A DNA stretch of 64,000 nt from the human T2T-CHM13v2.0 reference genome, Homo sapiens, in assembly GCF_009914755.1 (NCBI RefSeq), contig NC_060948.1. The stretch is one strand, 5' to 3'. Within the stretch, counting starts at the first letter, position 1. Every line of letters begins with the position of its first letter. Positions 49,177-64,000 of the stretch are shown here, piece by piece. The position numbers and the translations under genes are program-made. Below the pieces are notes generated by a model. That model saw nothing but the letters and a program-made list of their open reading frames with translations, was not told the origin of the DNA and did no database searches.

Positions 49177-49657
49177 CAACAGTGCAAAGAGCCTTCTGAA
49201 ACTTCCCGTTCTGAGGCTTCAGGGGTTTCAGAGGCTCCATGACGAAGTTTATGTTCAGGTGGTCGACAGCAACCTTGTGAGAAATTACTGGAGTTTTAAA
49301 GTTATCTATGAAGCAATCCTCCATGACAAGAAACTGGGCTTGGTGGCTAGTGAGAGGGAGACAGGACCTTTATTTTTTATGGAAAAAACAGCTGTCTCTG
49401 ATATCTAGGGCAACCTGGTCTTTGACAGGGAGAAGACTAAAGAAATCAACTTGGTGATATGAAGAGTTCTCTCAACTCCTTAAATTTAAGGAGTCTACAT
49501 ACACTAGCTAGTAATCAACATAAGCATGGGACCAGAAATCAGTGAATCTAGCATTGAAAGACCAAAGGCCTCCAGTGAGTGGAAATACGAGATATATATA
49601 TATATATACACACACACACATATATGTATATGTATATGTAGACACATATATACATAT
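49177..49657. other. Non-alphoid unique filler (~410 bp) plus (TA)(CA) microsatellite at an inversion breakpoint
   Basis: Unrelated to alpha satellite or L1; lies between a broken monomer and the L1 5' end. Confidence 0.75.
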
Positions 49658-57211
<7,554 letters not shown>

Positions 57212-57212
57212 C

Positions 57213-59310
57213 TTGAGCAGTTTGAGGCATGTGGTGAAAAAAGAAATCTTCATATAAAAACTAGACAGAAGCATTCTGAGAAACCATTTTGTGATGTGTG
57301 CATTCATCTCACAGAGTTGAATTTTCTTCCGTTGAGTAGTTTGGAAACAGTCTTTTTGTAGAATATGCAAAGGGATATTTGTGAGATTTTTGAGGCCTCT
57401 TGTGAAAAAGGAAATATCCACAAATAATATCTAGAGAGAAGGCTTCTTATAAAGTTCTTTCTGATGTGTGCATTCATCACACAGGGTTGAACCTGTCTTT
57501 GGATTGAACAGTTTGGAAACAGTTTTTTCGTAGAATCTGCAAAGGAAAATTTGTGAATGCTTTGAGGCTTCTGGTGTAAAAGAAGTATCTTCACATTAAA
57601 ACTAGACAGAAACGTTCTGAGAAACTTCTTTGTAATGTGTGCATTCATCACACACAGCTGAGCTTTCGTTTGATGTAGCAGTTTGGAAACAGTATTTTGT
57701 AGATTCTGCAAAGGGTTATTTATGAGTGGTTTCAGGCCTATGGTGAAAAAGGGAGTATCAACAAAAAAGAACTAGACAGAAACTTTCTGAGAAACTTCTC
57801 TGTGATGTGTGCATTCATCTCACAGAGTAGAAAGCTTTCTTTGATTGAGCAGTTTGGAAACAATCTTTTCGTAGAATCTGCAAAGGGATATATGTAGGCG
57901 GTTTCAGGTCTATGGTGAAAATGGAAATATCTTCACATAAAAACTAGAAAGAAGCTCTCTGAGAAAATTCTTTGTGATGTGCTCATTCATCTCACAGATT
58001 TGAAATGTTCTTTTCATTGACCAGTTTGGATAGAGTCGTTTTGTAGAATCTGCTTTGCGACATTTGTGAGCCCTTTGAAGCCTATGGTGAAAAAAGAAAT
58101 ATCTTCACACAAAAACCAGACAGAAGCTTTCTGAGAAACTTCGTTGTGATGTATGCATTCATCCCAAAGAGTTGAGCCTGTCTTTGGATTGAGCAATTTT
58201 GAAACAGTTCTTTTGTAGAATGTTCAAAGGGATATTTGGGATCCTTTTTTGGCCTATGGTGAAAAAGGAAATGTCTTCACATAAAAACTAGACAGAAACA
58301 TTCTGAGAAACTTCTTCGTGTTGTGCTCATTCATCTCACAGATTTGAAGTGTTCTTTTCATTGACCAGTTTGGATAGAGTCCTTTTGTAGGATTTGTTTT
58401 GCGATATTTGTGAGCCCTTTGAAGCCTATGGTGAAAAAAGAAATATCTTCACATAAAAACTAGACAGAAGCTTTCTGAGAAACTTCGTTGTGATGTATGC
58501 ATTCATCCCAAAGAGTTGAGCCTGTCTTTGGATTGAGCAATTTTGAAAGAGTTCTTTTGTAGAATGTTCAAAGGGATATTTGGGATCCTTTTTTGGCCTA
58601 TGGTGAAAAAGGAAATGTCTTCATATAAAAACTAGACAGAAACATTCTGAGAAACTTCTTTGTGATTTGTGCATTCTTCTCACAACTTTGAACCTCTCTT
58701 TAGATAGAGCAGGTTGGAAAATGTCTTTTAGTAGACTCTGCAAAGTGATAATTTGAATGCTTTGAGACTTACGGTGAAAAAAGAAATATCTTCACTTAAA
58801 AACTGGACAGAAGCTTTCTGAGAAATTTCTTTGTGATGTGTGCATTCATCTCAAAAAGTTGAAGCTTTGTTTCCATTGAGCAGTTTGGGAACAGTCTTTT
58901 TGTAAAATCTGTAAAGGGACATTTATGAGCACTTTGAGGCCTATATGGAAAAAGGAAACATCTTTAAATAAAAACTAGACAGAAGCTTTCTGAGAAACTT
59001 CTTTGTGATGTGTGCATTCACCTCACAGAGTTAAACCTTTCTTTTGATTGAGTAGTTTGGAAACAGTCTCTTTGTAGAATATGCAAAGGGTTATTTATTA
59101 GCAGTTTGAGGCCTGTGGTGAAAAAGGGAGTATTAACAAATAAAAACTAGACAGAAATTTCTGAGAAACTTCTCTGTGATGTGTGCATCTCGCAGAGTGG
59201 AAGCTTTCTTTGAGCCATTTGGAAACAGTCTTTTTGTAGAATCTGCAAAGGGATATATGTAGGTGGTTTGAGGTCTATGGTGAAAACGGAAATATCTTCA
59301 CATAAAAACT
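57213..59310 (+). repeat. Monomeric alpha satellite, orientation A
   Basis: Same strand as 44148-49176; contains a 344-bp tandem duplication. Confidence 0.95.

Positions 59311-64000
<4,690 letters not shown>

Overview
Primate (most likely human) pericentromeric heterochromatin with no intact protein-coding gene. Left to right: (1) an old L1M element split by a full-length L1PA4/5-type LINE-1 (1-8250); (2) about 1.5 D4Z4-like (3.3-kb family) units with a disabled DUX4-like pseudogene, interrupted by a 5'-inverted PCMTD1 retrocopy and cut off by a truncated HERV-K LTR5A and a Tigger1 end (11.3-18.3 kb); (3) an orphan rDNA unit (~19.5-42.3 kb) with IGS, [CT]n blocks, Alus and the CDC27 retropseudogene, Pol I promoter deleted, then partial 5'ETS, 18S, ITS1, 5.8S and ITS2 broken before 28S; (4) ~1.8 kb of ancient unique-type DNA; (5) monomeric alpha satellite (44.15-64 kb) with three strand switches and young L1 pieces. 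The order DUX-like/PCMTD1P/CDC27P/5.8S pseudogene/alpha satellite matches my recollection of human Yp11.2 next to the centromere (inference, not verified). The most striking signal is a 4.7-kb alpha-satellite block that is inverted and capped on both sides by complementary L1 pieces. Flipping it back restores monomer register at both breakpoints, suggesting a germline inversion created during one L1 retrotransposition event with distant twin priming. All identifications come from reading the sequence and recalled consensus sequences; no alignments were run.
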